From contig NW_003314324.1 in the NCBI RefSeq assembly GCF_000143415.4, positions 124,001 through 188,000 of the forward strand: 64,000 nucleotides of DNA, given 5' to 3'. Shown here piece after piece: positions 23,555 through 37,364 of this stretch. The notes beneath the pieces are model-generated. The model saw only the letters and a program-made list of their open reading frames with translations. It was not told where the DNA came from and ran no database searches. The position numbers were made by a program, and so were the translations under genes. Each line of letters begins with the position of its first letter. The first letter of the stretch is position 1. The DNA is from Selaginella moellendorffii. Its lineage: Eukaryota; Plantae; Lycopodiophyta.

Positions 23555-26295
23555 ATTGGTTTGCTTTCTTCTTTCGGGAGTTCTCACTTCAACATTTAGT
23601 TGGACATTGAGCTCTCAATCTCAATAAAAAGCACACTTGTAGTTTACTTCGAAACTTCCCTTTGTGTGTTGTGTGTTTTGTGAATCATCCCACCATTGGC
23701 TCACAGGAATCAAGGTGAAGAGCGGCAAAGGGAGTCACTCATGTCTCCTGGAAGAATGGTTACTTGAAGAACTTGTGTTGTGGAATGTACTGTATTCATT
23801 TCTGAGGTGCAAGGCGCTGGAACTCTATGGAATGGATGACTTAGCAGAAGATTCAACAGCTTATCTTCTCTAGTGTGTGCCTGGGTTTGAAAGCACTCTG
23901 TATCTCCAGCAGGTGCCAGGCAGAGAAAGAAACAGAGTCCTTTCAAACCTGTGTAATGCATTATCTAGTGAACAAGATCCTGCCTGTTTATGATTTTTAA
24001 TAATTAGTGAGAGCCATTGGAGAGGCATGTGTCACGAGTTACGGGTCCTCACATGGTGCCAAATAAAATAGTAATAATACTTAGTCAATTCGGCAGTAAA
24101 TATCAGTTTCTTACCGCGTGTTGTTTCGAAATATTTTGGCGAAGTTGGGCTGGGGGTGAAGGTGTGAGCGACACCTGTTTGTTTGCTGCATTTTACCGCA
24201 GGTCCCCAGCCGCGAAGTTTCCAACAGGAGGCGGTTGTTGACCAGCACCGAGGAGCTTGGGCAGATCAAACGCGGCGATGTTCGTGGTACACACGTGACC
24301 AGGTATGTAATAGCTTAGATCATTGAAGAATGAGCAGCTTGCTTGCGCACTGGATTGACGCTGTTTGGTGCTGTAAATCCCAATGATATGCCAAAGGCTA
24401 TGCATTAGAAGGATCTTTTTGCAGCCAACAATGGAAGCTCTTGTTAGAGCAGAGTCTTCTCACCATACATCCCAAGCAAAACCCTGGGTGGAGGACACAC
24501 AATTGGCTCTTCACTGAAGGACCCAAAGTCCCTTCCCTTGAGAGAAGGTGTGGAAATCCTTTCCTGTGGGCTAGGTTATTCCTAGCAGAGCTGAGGACTG
24601 GCTGAACCAGCCTCTATTTTTCAATGCCTTGTTTAGAGAGGGAGAGTACACTCTGGGTAGGGGGAATTGCTGTACGTTCTGGAGGAGGCTTTCGGACGGT
24701 GGAGCAACTTGTGGGAGTGGTGGAAAGAAAAGACAAAGTGTCGACTCAATGTGTTTGAGCCGGGTATGCATCAAGGTGTGTTGAACCTCCTTTCCGTAGT
24801 TACTGTGGAGGAAATGGCCTAGGTGAAGCCTTCAGTATGGGGGGGACGAGGGACTGGAGGGACCAAGAAGGTGTGGTCGCGGTGATTCACAGCCCCCATG
24901 GGAAGGCACAGCGCTGGAGATCTGGTTTATAGTCTCATTGGAATGCAACACTGGACGAGTGGAGCGTGATGCTCGTGGGGGAGGTATAGGTGACGCGACA
25001 GGTGCATGATGACAAGGTCAAGGGACGTCTCCTAAATGGATCGATGTTATAGAATCAAATATGATGCTAGAGTGTGATGGGATCCAGCAGCTTCTTATGG
25101 CTCTTCTATGCTTAGGCTTTTGGCCGACTCAGCTTGACATCCAGAACTTCAGTGGGTCACAGCACCACGTGCCTGGTATACAAAGCTTGGCTTGCGATTG
25201 GATGGTGGGTAGAGGAAGGGATTCCACCAGCTCTCCTGGCAGAAGTGTGTTTCTTCCAATGTCTCGATGATCTTGCACAATAGCAGCTGTATGTGTATGC
25301 TGTGTCTAGGGTCTTAACCATCCCCTTTGGCACTCCTATTGTCATGCCCAGTGCTGAGAGGATTATGTTGGTTATCACATTGAAGAACTTCATGTAGTTT
25401 CTTGGCTGCTGGCAGTGGATGAGGCATTCACGGCTCACCTACTCCTTAATGTGGCAGATCCACATAGTCATCAGGATGGTAAGTGTTTTACTTTCTCTAC
25501 TAGGTGAATTCATGGGTGCAGAAATTGGGACACTGGGTGCTGGGTGCTGGCCAAACTCTAACAGTAGGTGGCAATGCACGATAATCTAACCAATGACAAG
25601 TTGTACCCATGAGGTGATTCTTGATGCAAAAGTATCCAGCAGCTCTTGAAACACTGTCCAAAGAAGTCTGTGATGAGAGAGAATGATATTGAGGATGGAG
25701 AGGCTACTAATTGGACAAGTTTCACTATGATTTGCTGGAAATTCTGTTTAACAAATTTTTAGTTAAATCTACAGAAAAAAGTATATACTTACTTTTATCT
25801 GTGTTTCTTGAATTTAAAAGTACAAAAGTTTTAACTAATTGAAAGAGCTCTCCTTTATTAGTAGTGTAATCTTATGATAAAAAAAAAAATATAAAGAGAT
25901 TTTCTTCCTATATGCAACATATTTTTTTATGGCTTATTAAAGACAGCCAATTTAAAATATTTTAAATTGAATTTGATTTTGAATTTATAATTTACACCAT
26001 TGTTCTAATAGCTAATTCAATTATATAGTACAGATACAGTTACTATTATAGAGTTAATTATGGTTAGAGATTTTCATAAAATCTGTTTTATATAATAATA
26101 TAATCTTAGAAAATTTTAGGTCAAAATTAACTTTTAGAAATTGATTGTTATAGTATATTCTATATAATAGCCTGTTTAGATATCATTGAAACATATGTAA
26201 CCCAACACTAGGTATGATCAAATCTCCAATTATTAATGCAAATAAATTAATCAACTTTATAATAGGAGTATATATTATTTTTTTAAATGAAGCCT

Positions 26296-26840
26296 TGTGA
26301 GGTTCAAGTGTATGGCTATGATGCCATATACTAATGGGATTTTGGTAGCCGTTAGATTGATTTTAATCTAGACCATTTGCTCTTATATATAACCTAAGGT
26401 TTTTGGGTTAATTAATATGTACATTTTTATATTCCATTTCTATATTCCATGCATTTACATTAGTGGAGATAAGGGGCAACTTTGATTGTTCCTAAGGAGT
26501 GTTGGGATTTGGGATTTTGGTTTAGATTTAGCTTTTGCATTATCTAGATCTCTTTTTTCTTATGTTTTTTCTCAATTTCTTCTATTTTGTTTTTTCCTTT
26601 TCATTTATCTTCATGGTAGAGTAATACCTTTTTCCTTCTTCCACTTTGGAGCAATAGTGCTCAATATTATATATTTGTAATTGAATAGTCAAATTTAGTT
26701 GATGGCAACATCCATGGTGCATGGTACAACTTTTCTTGCTTTTGTTGCAAATCCTTGAGTTCGGCTGAAGTTCTTCCATGAAAACCCTGGAGATGATGTA
26801 AGTATTTGTTTGATTAATTTACGGTAATTGTTATATATAA
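26296..26840 (+). mobile_element. Gypsy family B copy B2: 5' LTR (26296-26459), PBS, leader and start of gag
   Basis: Reverse-complement homologue of 13330-13896. PBS TAGTGGAGATAAGGGG. Heavily C>T/G>A decayed. Confidence 0.85.
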
Positions 26841-29382
26841 GAATTTTGGAAGACTTTTATAGTAGAACCATTGCTAAAAGTACTATAGTCCCAAATTGAA
26901 TGATTTAATAAAATAAAATATAAATATTTAAAACTTATAATTTTAAATATAATTAGCAAAATTAATTCAAAATAACTAAGATTTCATTCAATACAATCTA
27001 TGTGGATTATTTTTTAAATTTATATAACTCTTGAAAAGTTTTTCTATTGTAAACTTAATAATATGAATGTTAATATAAGTGAGAATAAATATTTATTATT
27101 AAAAAAATAGATACAAAGTTTATTTGGAAATATGAATTTTTTTAAAAAACTACCTGAACTAGGAAAAAGTTAAAATAAAATTTCTAATATTAATTAGATG
27201 TTGTATTTAAATAATTTTTTACATAGTATAAACTTATATTAATATTTTATTATAAAAAGCAAGAGAATTATTATTATTATTATTTATTAATAATTTAGCT
27301 ATTATAAATATTTTTATTAAATATGCATTTACCTTGAATATAGAATAATAAAAGTTTAAGAGAATTAAAATATTACTACCCAATCCAATAATAGAAATAA
27401 TTATTAAAGTTTTTTATAAATATAAATTTTATACCTATTGTATCTTTTCCATAGAATTAGTGCTCATAAACTATATTGTAGTTAGGAAAATATTTTTATA
27501 TATTACTGCTTAATAAAATATGTTATATATTTTTGTAATAAAGAGGTATATTATAAATAACTAAGGCTTTGAATGCATGGAATATAGAAATGGAATACAG
27601 AAATATGTATATTAATCAACCCAAAAACACTAACTTATATACAGGAGCAAATGGTATAAATTGAAATCAATCCAATAGCTACCAAAATCCCATTACCCTA
27701 ATATTAGTATATAGCATTATAATTTTACACTTGGACCTTATATCATCCTCTCTTTTTGGAATGATGGAAGACTATCAAAATTCTCTCATAGATGGGCTAA
27801 GATTTGTAGGAGGCATCAATGGATCTATAAGTGGTGCTAATTGTTCCTAATCCCTTTGTATAAAGCATTTCAGCCACTGTACATGCATAATTTCTTAAGG
27901 ATTAGTTTGCTAAATATCATGTTAAACCTTATAAACTTGTAGTCCAATTTGCCGCAACACCCGATATAGACCTTTCCATTGAGCAAAGAACCCCTTGGAT
28001 AAACCATATGTCGTAAAATGGGGAAAACGAACTAACACTAAGTCATCCACTTTATACTCCATATGTGGATGATGATGGGAGTTGTAGTGTCATTGTTATC
28101 CCACTTGTATGTGGCCCAAATGTTTAGCAAACTTTGTTCGAACAAGTGGAAGAATGTTTATTAAATATTGATCCTACAACCTAGCATTAGTAGCCCGCGA
28201 CAATCGCGAAGGTAAACCCAAGTTTATTGATAGTATTAGATCATGACCATATAAAAGTTTATATAGTGATGCACCAACAAGTCTCTACACCCATGTGATA
28301 TATGCATACCGAAGAGATGGCAAATAACCATTTTAATTTGAATGTTGAAAGTTCACATACTTCACAATCATCCCTTTGAAGTTCTGAGCGAGCTAAACCA
28401 TTTGACTATGGATGATAAGCACTCGTAAAAGTGTGGCATATCCCCAACTGAGATATCAAAATATAAAATGACTCAGCCATAAATGCAAGACCATTATTTG
28501 AAAGAATCCACTCTAGACAAGAATGCTAGAACATTAATTGATTGAGGAAGAAGTATCTAATAGTAGTTACAAATACATTAGCAAAAGCATCGACTTCCAT
28601 CTAACAAGTCAAATAGTCAAAAGCAATAATGACATACTCATTGCGAATAGTTAATTATAGAAAAAGTCCCATCAAATCAAACACCACTAACTCAAACGGA
28701 CAAGAAATTGCAATTGACTCTAACTGTCCCTTCACACCATGAGAGGGAGTATTATAAGCTTGGCACCAAACATAGTTATGCACATATTAGATAACATCAT
28801 ATTGCACCTCCAGCTAATAAAAAAACTTGCACAACTTCTTGGTCACACAAAAATGTCTCGAATATATACCTACCTAGAATAGGAGAATCATGATAAGCAT
28901 GGAAAAACGTGGAATAAAGATTAAAAGCACCACCAACTGTATATGATCATTAAGTTCCATCCTTACAAAATAAACAAAACCATCCTCAAGGAGATATTAA
29001 GAATGTAAATGCCGAAATGGCAAATCATTAGCAAGTGATGTAGTATTTTCAAACCCATCATAAACCTTCAAATCTATAGCTCAATCTTTTGAGCTTCAAA
29101 AGAAAGTAAATCCTACTCTGTATCTTATGGACATTGAATATCAAGTACCACAACCGCCAATGGCACGGAATCTTCATCCAAAAAATCCATAAATGCTGAA
29201 ATAATAAGGTCATCAGAAACATAAAAAGAGAGTGATGAAGGAAGAAGAGCTCAAGAAAGGGCATTAACATCAGCTATAGAACTCCTCGGGTGATGAACAA
29301 CATCAAAATCATATATCTGAAACTTTAAAGTCCACCGAACAATAGTTCTTCCATTTCAATAATGAAGTAAATACAATATGAT

Positions 29383-30528
29383 TGTAAGGAACCGACTCCT
29401 TGAGGTGTCGTAGGCTAAAGGATCCCCAAAAGCATGACCGAAATGACGAAGAGTTCATCAGATGGGACCGAGTTGAAGATCGAGTCCAAGACCGACTCTG
29501 AGACCGAGTTCGAGATAGAGTCTGGGATCAAGTTCGAGGCCGAATCGGAGACCGAGTTCGAGACCGAGTTCAAGACAAAGTCTGAGATCCAAATCGGGTC
29601 CGAGACCGAGTCTGAGGTCGAGTCCAAAGTCAAGTCCCAGATCAGGTCCGAGATCGAGTCCGAGATCGAGTCCAAGACCGAGTCCGAAGTCAGATCCGAG
29701 ATCGAGTCCGAGATCGAATTTTAGACTAAGTCCAAATACTAATACGGGTCAAGGGGTGAAAGCCCAAAGCGTGCATCCCCTAAGGGGGGGGGCGGGGGGG
29801 GGGCTGCAGGGGGTTCCAAAAGTATAGTAGGGATAGTGAGGTCCGGGAACCAGTCTTGAAGGAACTCTCCAGTGGTGCTTCCAAACTGACTTGAGGTTGA
29901 GACTGGGGCCGAGGGGCCTTGGGTGGGAGTGAGCATGGGCTTGGGTGGTGCCGGAGGGGCCACCCAGGGAAGTGCTCAAGAGCAGCTCCCACTCCCGAAA
30001 GGGAAACTGACGGCGGTGCTCCCGGCTCATGTGGAGTGGTGCCCCACTTGAGTACCTTATGGCTTATTGGTCCTTGCCCTTCCTAGGGGCTTGGGCCTTC
30101 CCTTCGGGATGGAAGTTGGGGGGTAGAGGTACCCATACCAGGCCATTAGGCCACGGTGTTTCGCCCCGATGTCCCAAAGCAAGTGTTGCACCCAAGGCTT
30201 GGGATTTAGAGGGTCCCATAATCAAGTCTTGTTGTACCAAGGGGTGTTAGGAACATGGAGGCTTGGTGTGCTTGGCTGCTTGTGCCTGCGGGGAGTGTAG
30301 CCGAACCTTAAGTCTAGTCTAACTTGGGGAGGGGGATTGGGAGAGATTTGGGAATTTGTGGATGGATAGCTAATGCTCCGTTACTCGTGTAGTGAGTAGC
30401 TGAAACCAAGTAGGAGCTGGTACAATAGGCGGGAACCTTGGCGAAGGAACTTAGCACAAGCCAAGGCAGTGTTGGTCGGATAGACGAGGTAAACTGGCAA
30501 ATTAGAAAAGAAAAATTTGTGGCTTACA
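29383..30528 (+). mobile_element. Solo LTR of chromovirus family D
   Basis: TGTAAG...CTTACA ends, TSD ATGAT on both sides, homologous to 45977-47099. Confidence 0.92.
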
Positions 30529-31241
30529 ATGATCACCTTTTAATAACATTTAAGAACCATGTAGATATGCATAAAATTTCTTGAAACCCCAAATTGTTAC
30601 TAAACACTCCTTCTCTGTTGTGGAGTAGTTCACCTCTACTAGTTGTAATGTATGTTGATATATGCAATGGGATAGCGTTGATTAAGCACACTCGGGCTCT
30701 TTTGCATCAACACACTTCCAAAACTGATATAAGAAGCATCCATGCGCAAAATGAAAGGTTAAATATAGTCAGGACATGCTAAAATTGGAGGAGTCATTAA
30801 TAGCTCTTTGAGATCCATAAGCACCTACTCATAGTATATAGACTAGATGAAAAATGATGTTGACAACTTTAGTAACACTTACAACGGTGTAGTGCAATAA
30901 AAAAGATGATCAACAAAATAACTGAGATATTGCACCTTTCCCAAGAAGCACTACATATCATTCACACATTTCGGAGTAGGGAACCTTAGAACAGAGATAA
31001 ATTTTTTAGGATCAACTTGCAAACCTATGAGAAATATAGTACCCGAAATAAGTTGTGTCCTTGGATCTAAACACACATTTCAACCATTTCACCTCTAAAT
31101 CAACTTCCTGTAGCCGATTTAACACTTAGAACATCACGGATGTGTTTCTCCCATGTCCCCTCTAAATTGATCAAGGCGTCATCAATGAAGTCAAGTATCA
31201 CCTTTGGCATATCACAAAGAACTTTGTCCATCATCCGCTAG

Positions 31242-31907
31242 TGTAAGCTCTTGAGTTTGAACTTCCCGAGAGGTCATCCAGCCTAGTACTATTCAAACCC
31301 AATGACGCTTAACCCTAAATATCCCAAGACCCTTAACCAATTGGAAAAAGGGGGTGCACTCTTGTTTATGGGCCCCTTCCCTTTATATTTGAACTCTATA
31401 AATTGTCTCTCAAATTGTTCTTACAATCCACCACGCTTCCTTGCAAGTTCACGCCCTTTTCCTGTATATTTGAACCCTATGGATTGCCTCTCAAGTCATT
31501 CTTTTTGGTTGTTTATAATCCACCACGCTTCCCTGCAAGTTCACGCCCTCGTGAATGGAAACTGAGAGTCGCTGGTTTCCCAAGAGCCCCGCTCTCTTGA
31601 CACCCTACCCCTCGAGTTAAGCCCAGTAGGAGCAAATTGGACCAGCCAGATGTCCATCAATTTGTGGTGTGATTCCCCTAGCCAACTAACAGAGTCGAAC
31701 TCGAGACCCCTTTAATACTAAATGTAAACTCTTGAGTTTGGACTTCCTGAGAAGTCACCCAACTCAATACTATTCAAACCCAAGGATGCTTAACCCCAAA
31801 TATCCTAAGACCCTTAACCAATTGAAAAAGGGGGTGCACTCTTACCTTTCCTTGTATATTTGAATCCTATGGATCATTTCTCAAGTCGTTTTCTTTGGTT
31901 GTTTATA
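31242..31907 (-). mobile_element. Cassandra-like TRIM (LTRs 31242-31425 and 31723-31907; partial tandem duplication of LTR edge and PPT)
   Basis: Two 5S-like LTRs with a ~300 bp non-coding interior. TSD GCTAG/GCTAA. Confidence 0.88.
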
Positions 31908-33157
31908 GCTAAAAAGTTGTTAGAGCATTGTTCAAACCAAACAACATCACTAAGAACTCATACAAACCAAATGGTGTACGAAAAGCAGTCTTAAGAATAT
32001 TTTCTTTAGCCATTGGTACTTGTTAGTACCTAGAAGTAAAATTTAATTTGGTGAACTAACAACTTCTCTTTAGACGATCCAAGAGATCAGCAGTATGATG
32101 AAGAAGGTATACATCTAGGATCGTCACTTTGTTTAATAGATGATAGTTGATGTAGAAATGAATACTTCTATTAAACTTTATCACAAGATAAGGTTCATAT
32201 GTTCAAGGACTCTACAACTTCCAAATAACTCCCTTTTCCAACATTTCTATAATGTTTACATGTAAAATTTTGATGTCTTTAGGTGACCGATGATAAAAAA
32301 GAACTTTGATTAGTCAAGCATCCCTAGTTAGAATAGGATGATGTGTTGCAATCTTAATCCCAGAGGATAGGTTAAATTCAAAGAGATCGACATACTCCTT
32401 TATAAGTAGGTCAACCACTATAACACAAAAACCATTAGGGGGATCAGAAAAGGAAAGAAAGGAATAAGATAGAAACTTAGGAGGAAGTAAAGGGAAGACA
32501 AAAGTGATGGAAGCAGAGGTAAAAGTAAAGGAATGAAAAGGTACAAAAATGAGAGGAATGGAAGAAATATTAAAAAGTATAGGACAAAGGGGAGAAACTT
32601 TAAAGTCACACAAGGCATGATTGTACCACAACTAATTCATACCAAGGATGAGGTCAAAAAATTGATTTGGCACCACTTGCAATGACTGCAACTCAAACTT
32701 CAGAGTGCTTACATGCACAATCAAGTCCACCTCATCCCATGGACATACGTGTGTACATGGTGCCGAATGAACCTTTTGATAATACTCCTAAAAGAAAGAT
32801 GGAGGGGTCACTACTTTATTTGGGCAAAGCCTTTCTATTACTCATGTGACTCCTTGTTTCTCAAATGCATCTTAGTGTCCAGACCTTTCATAGCAATAGC
32901 ACTAACAGGATATTGTTGACACTAAGGTCTCCATCCTGGAAATGAAGGTTGCCAATGTAGAAAATGCTAATAGCGTCGATAAGTGTGACTAACTTTATCA
33001 CACGTCTAGCAATGGACATCACAGCCACGACCACGTCTTCGTCCTAGTCCTTGAACTCGAGCAGCAACAATATCAACTTCCATTGGAACAGAACCATCTC
33101 CCACAGGAAGTAGAGTTGAAGGATGTGTAATAAAAAGTGGAAGAGGTAATGTCTCAT

Positions 33158-33338
33158 TGTAAGCTCTTAAATTTGGACTTCTCGGGAGGTCACCTAACTC
33201 AGTACTATTCAAACCCAAAAACGCTTAATCGTAAGTATCCTAAGACTCTTAACCGATTGGAAAAAGGGGTGCACTTTTATTCATAGGTTTTTTCCCTCTA
33301 TATTTGAACCCCATGGATTGTCTCTCAAGTCGTTCTCT
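33158..33338 (-). mobile_element. Truncated Cassandra-like LTR at a rearrangement junction
   Basis: TGTAAGCTCTT...5S-like core. It lacks the last ~15 nt and abuts the gag of element D. Confidence 0.82.
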
Positions 33339-36300
33339 CAATCCCTCAGGCAGTTCCCAAGTACAAACCAAAGCCCCCACCAATCTTCAAGGGAGTGAAT
33401 GACTATAAGGTGGTGGAGGATTGGTTTTACGATATGGAGGACTACTTCCGAGTGTTGTGGTTACCAAGCTCAGAGAAGGTCCCATGAGCAAAACTATACT
33501 TGGTAGATAATGCCAAGTCTTGGTGGAGAACGACAAAGGCCAACGAAGGACCGGTGGCCATTTGGGAAATGATGAAGGCGAGGATCCACACGACTTACAT
33601 TCCTCTGAATGCTACTTTGCATCTAAGGGACGAGCTGAGTAGGCTGAAGCAGACCAGAACCATTCAGGAGTATGTGAATGGGTTTATGGCAAAGAGGATA
33701 CTTGTCACGGACATGGGGGATATGGATGCGTTCCATGCCTTCATATCAGGTTTGCAATCTTGGGCTCGTGGTGAGGTGATGCATTGGAACCCAACCAACT
33801 ACAAAGAAGCATTGGATGCGGCCATCAAGGTGCATTTCAACGATAACCTACGAAAGGGAACACGGCGGGGTCGGGGTTCATGTTTAGCAAAGGGGCCAAA
33901 CCAAGGGAAACGTATAGTAGAGGGAAATTCAAGAAGAGTTTCTCTAAGAATGAGTCCTTGGGGTTCCGGAAAGGCAAATCTGGTGGCCAGCGAGCGAGTA
34001 CGTGGGGGAGTCAAGCAAAAAGAGACAAACCCACGGATAAGAAGGTCAAGTCATATAGCAGCATGGGAAATAACGTATGCTACAACTGCGGCAAAGCATG
34101 ACACTTTTTGAGGGAATGTCCCTACCCGAAGAAAGCCAGAGCCAATATGGCCATCAAGTTGGGTGAAGTCTAAATGAGGTATGTGATCTAGTCCCTAACC
34201 CAAAGTTACTCATTACACGAGCAACTTTGGTAGAGAGTCATTCGCGACATCTACTAGCCCTCCGAGGGAAGCTCGGAGGTAGCTTTGTTAAGATCTTTAT
34301 TGACATGGGTGCTTCAGACAATTTTGTGGCTGCAGACATAGTCCGGCAAGCTGGACTAATGGTGCAGCGGCTAGGCGAACCAACGACTATAGAGTTTGTT
34401 CAAGGTAGCCAAAGCACCGATGAGGTATTTCGATAAGCGAGAGTCGAAGTAAGGACATAGAAAGTAGACATGGATTTCACAGTGTTGGACATAGTGGGAT
34501 TTGACGTGATCTTCAGAATGAATTGGTTCAATCGGTTCGTGGTAGCCCTACATGGACAAGGTTCTTAAGAACCTTGTGGTACTGGCGAATGCCCAGGGAA
34601 GAAGATTTAGGGTGGAGGCCCAGGATCTAAAGGTAGGGCAAAGCAAGGCCAAAGATTCTTGCTTAAACCTGGTGTCCACGAGAGGACAACTCACTAAAGA
34701 AACTAAGGCAGCATTTTTGTGCTTACTCTCGGTGAAGAGTGACAAAAAGACAAGAACGGAAGAAGTACCTTTAGTGATCTAGTGGGTGTTGGACCAATTC
34801 CAGGATACCATGCTAGAGGAGTTACCAACGGGGTTGCCCCCCGCACGACCGATAGAACATAAGATTGAACTGGTCGAGGGTGCTAAAGCGGTGGTTTGTC
34901 CCCCCTATCATTTGAACAAAAAAAACTCAAGGAGCTCAAGTGCCAACTAAAGGAGTTGGTGGACAAAGGGTATGTTAGGTTGAGCAAGTCACCATATGGG
35001 GTGCCAGTGTTATTTGTGATAAAGAAAGATGGATCTATGCACATGTGCATAGACTACCAATTGCTCATCAAGTATACAAAAAGAACAAGTACCCTTTGCC
35101 AAGGATTGAGGACCTGTTCAATAGGTTAGGAAAGGCAAAATACTTCTTGAGGATTGACCTAAACTCAAGATACTACCAGATTAGGGTAGCAGAGAAAGAT
35201 GTTAAGAAGACAATCTGTCGAATCAGGTATGGGAGCTTTGAGTTTCTGGTGATGCCCTTTGGGCTGTGCAATGCGCCAGCAACGTTTTCGGCGTTGATGA
35301 ACGATATCTTTGTACCCTATCTAGATCACTTCGTGGTTGTCTATATCGATGACATCCTGATCTATAGCGAGACACTAGAGGAGCATGTCGAACACTTGGC
35401 AAAGGTGTTTGAGAAACTAAGAGAACACAAACTGTATGCTAAAGAGAGCAAATGTTACTTTGCTCAATAAGAGGTAAAGTTTCTCGGGCATGTGGTGGGC
35501 CAGGACGGGCTCAAGGTGGACCCGGAGAAGGTCCAAGCGATCCAAGAATGGGAGCGACCATTGAATGTACATGAGCTAAGGGCATTCTTGGGGCTATGCA
35601 ATTACTACCGAAAGTTTATCAGACATTATTTGAGAGTAGCCCTACCTTTAACGGACCAAACGGGAAAAGGGAAGATGGTATGGACAGTGGAATGCGAGGC
35701 GGCATTCGTCCACCTCAAAGGGAAGTTGAGGAAGGCTCCCGTGTTGGCATTACCAGACTTTGGTAAGGACTTTGAGGTAGAAACGGATGCTTCGGACGTT
35801 GCATTGGGTGCAGTTTTGAAGCAAGATAACCATCTAGTAGCATTCTTCTTGAAGAAGTTAGACAAGGCTCAATAGAAGTGGCCTGCCCACGAGAAGGAAT
35901 TGTTTGTGGTGGTCAAGGCACTCAAGGAATGGCGACACTACCATGGGAGACACTTCAAGGTTTACACGGACAATGTGGCAACGAAACACTTCTTGTCACA
36001 GCCCGACCTGAGAGGGAAACAGGGTCGGTGGGCCAATGCCTTGGCCGAGTTTGATTGCGAGATTTTGTACAAGCCTGGGAAGAGCAATATCGTGGCGGAT
36101 GCGCTAAGTTGAAAAGCGAGCTTGAGGTTGGCGATATCCAGGGCGACAGCAACCTTTTGGGACGATGTGCGGACAGCATATGAAAACGATGGTTTAGCAC
36201 AAGAAGTGTTGCTGAGGAATCTAGAGGCACGGGAAGCTCACCAGAGAAGTGAGCTGCCAACGGAAGAGAAAACGGGCTATGCAGAACGCAACGGACTCAT

Positions 36301-36865
36301 CTATTACAAACAAATGAAGGTGTATGTTCCAGAAGGGGAACTAAGGAAGGTAGCTTTAGAAGAGTGTTATGATGGACCTCTTGTGGGACACGACGGAGTG
36401 CTCAAGACGATGGGCTTACTCAAGAGGAAGTATCACTGGCTAGATATGGCTAAGGACGTCCAAGACTATGTAAAGACATGTCTAACATGTCAGCAGGTAA
36501 AAGCTGTGATTAAGGCTAGTGGGGGCTTGTTGCAAAGCATCCCAATTCCGGATCGTCTGTGGAAATGTCTTATGATGGACTTTATTATGGGACCCCCCCC
36601 CCCCCCCCCCCAAGCGAGGGGTTCGATGCGATATTCGTGGTGGTGGACCAATTTTCGAAGATGGCACATTTCATACCCACCACAACGGAAGTGGATGTGG
36701 AAGGTGTGGCAAAGCTGTTCTTTGAACAAGTGGTTTGAGTGCGGGGAAGGCCAGAAGAGATTATTTCAGATCGAGATAAGATCTTCACTAGTAGATTCTG
36801 GAGAACTCTCCTAGAATAGTATCGCACCAAGTTGAAATTCAGCACCACCTATCACCCACAGACAG

Positions 36866-36912
36866 GTATTGGGTATTAAGTCAAGTTTGATGGCACTAAC
36901 ACTTCTTGACAG
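36866..36912 (+). other. 47-nt GT-AG intron-like insert in the D integrase core
   Basis: CAG|GTATTG...CACTAAC...TTGACAG|AT. Removal restores HPQT-D-G*IERVNR. Confidence 0.75.
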
Positions 36913-37364
36913 ATGGATAAATAGAAAGGGTGAATAGGTAGCTGGAGGATTATTTGCGATGCTATGTCTCGGGAGACTAGACCGATTGGGTAAGTCATTT
37001 GGGACTTGCGGAAATGTGTTATAACAACTCACCACATTCGAGTATCGGGGTGAGTCCATGGGAAGTCATCAATGGGCGAGCTATTGAAGGTCCTGTAGAA
37101 CTCGGCGTGGCCGAGTATCACGGAGAGTTACTGTGAGACACAAAATCCCTAGGCCCCAAAGTGGAGCCGGAAAGGGTGCCACGTGGTAGTGGCTGAAGCG
37201 AGAGCCAAACGAGCGTAACACGTTTGGACCAAAAGCTCAGACTTGAAAAGTCAAGAGCGGGAGTGGAACTCCAAAAGAAGTGCTCAAGGAACGAGCACGA
37301 AGCGAGCAAAAAGCGAGGCTCCAAAAAGGGACCCAAAAGGACCAACACATGACACGTGGAAGTG

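Larger units (their letters stand above)
27568..33157 (-). mobile_element. Gypsy family B copy B2: 3' LTR (~27568-27742) plus decayed INT-RH-RT-PR-gag, with nested insertions
   Basis: Collinear with 9002-12990. Interrupted at 29383 and 31242, and cut off at 33158. Confidence 0.88.

Noticed and set aside
24190-25720. GC-balanced region with splice-like signals, possible decayed gene
   Set aside because: The frames I examined are interrupted by stops and I recognise no protein family. A homology search is needed.
25740-27560. Very AT-rich tracts (also 63215-64000)
   Set aside because: No periodicity, terminal repeats or ORFs were seen outside the B2 fragment. They are consistent with old methylation-decayed intergenic DNA.
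29440-29465. Minus-strand CTGATGA suggesting a hammerhead ribozyme (retrozyme) in the D LTR
   Set aside because: No stem II followed by GAAA, and the motif is changed in the sister LTR at ~46050.
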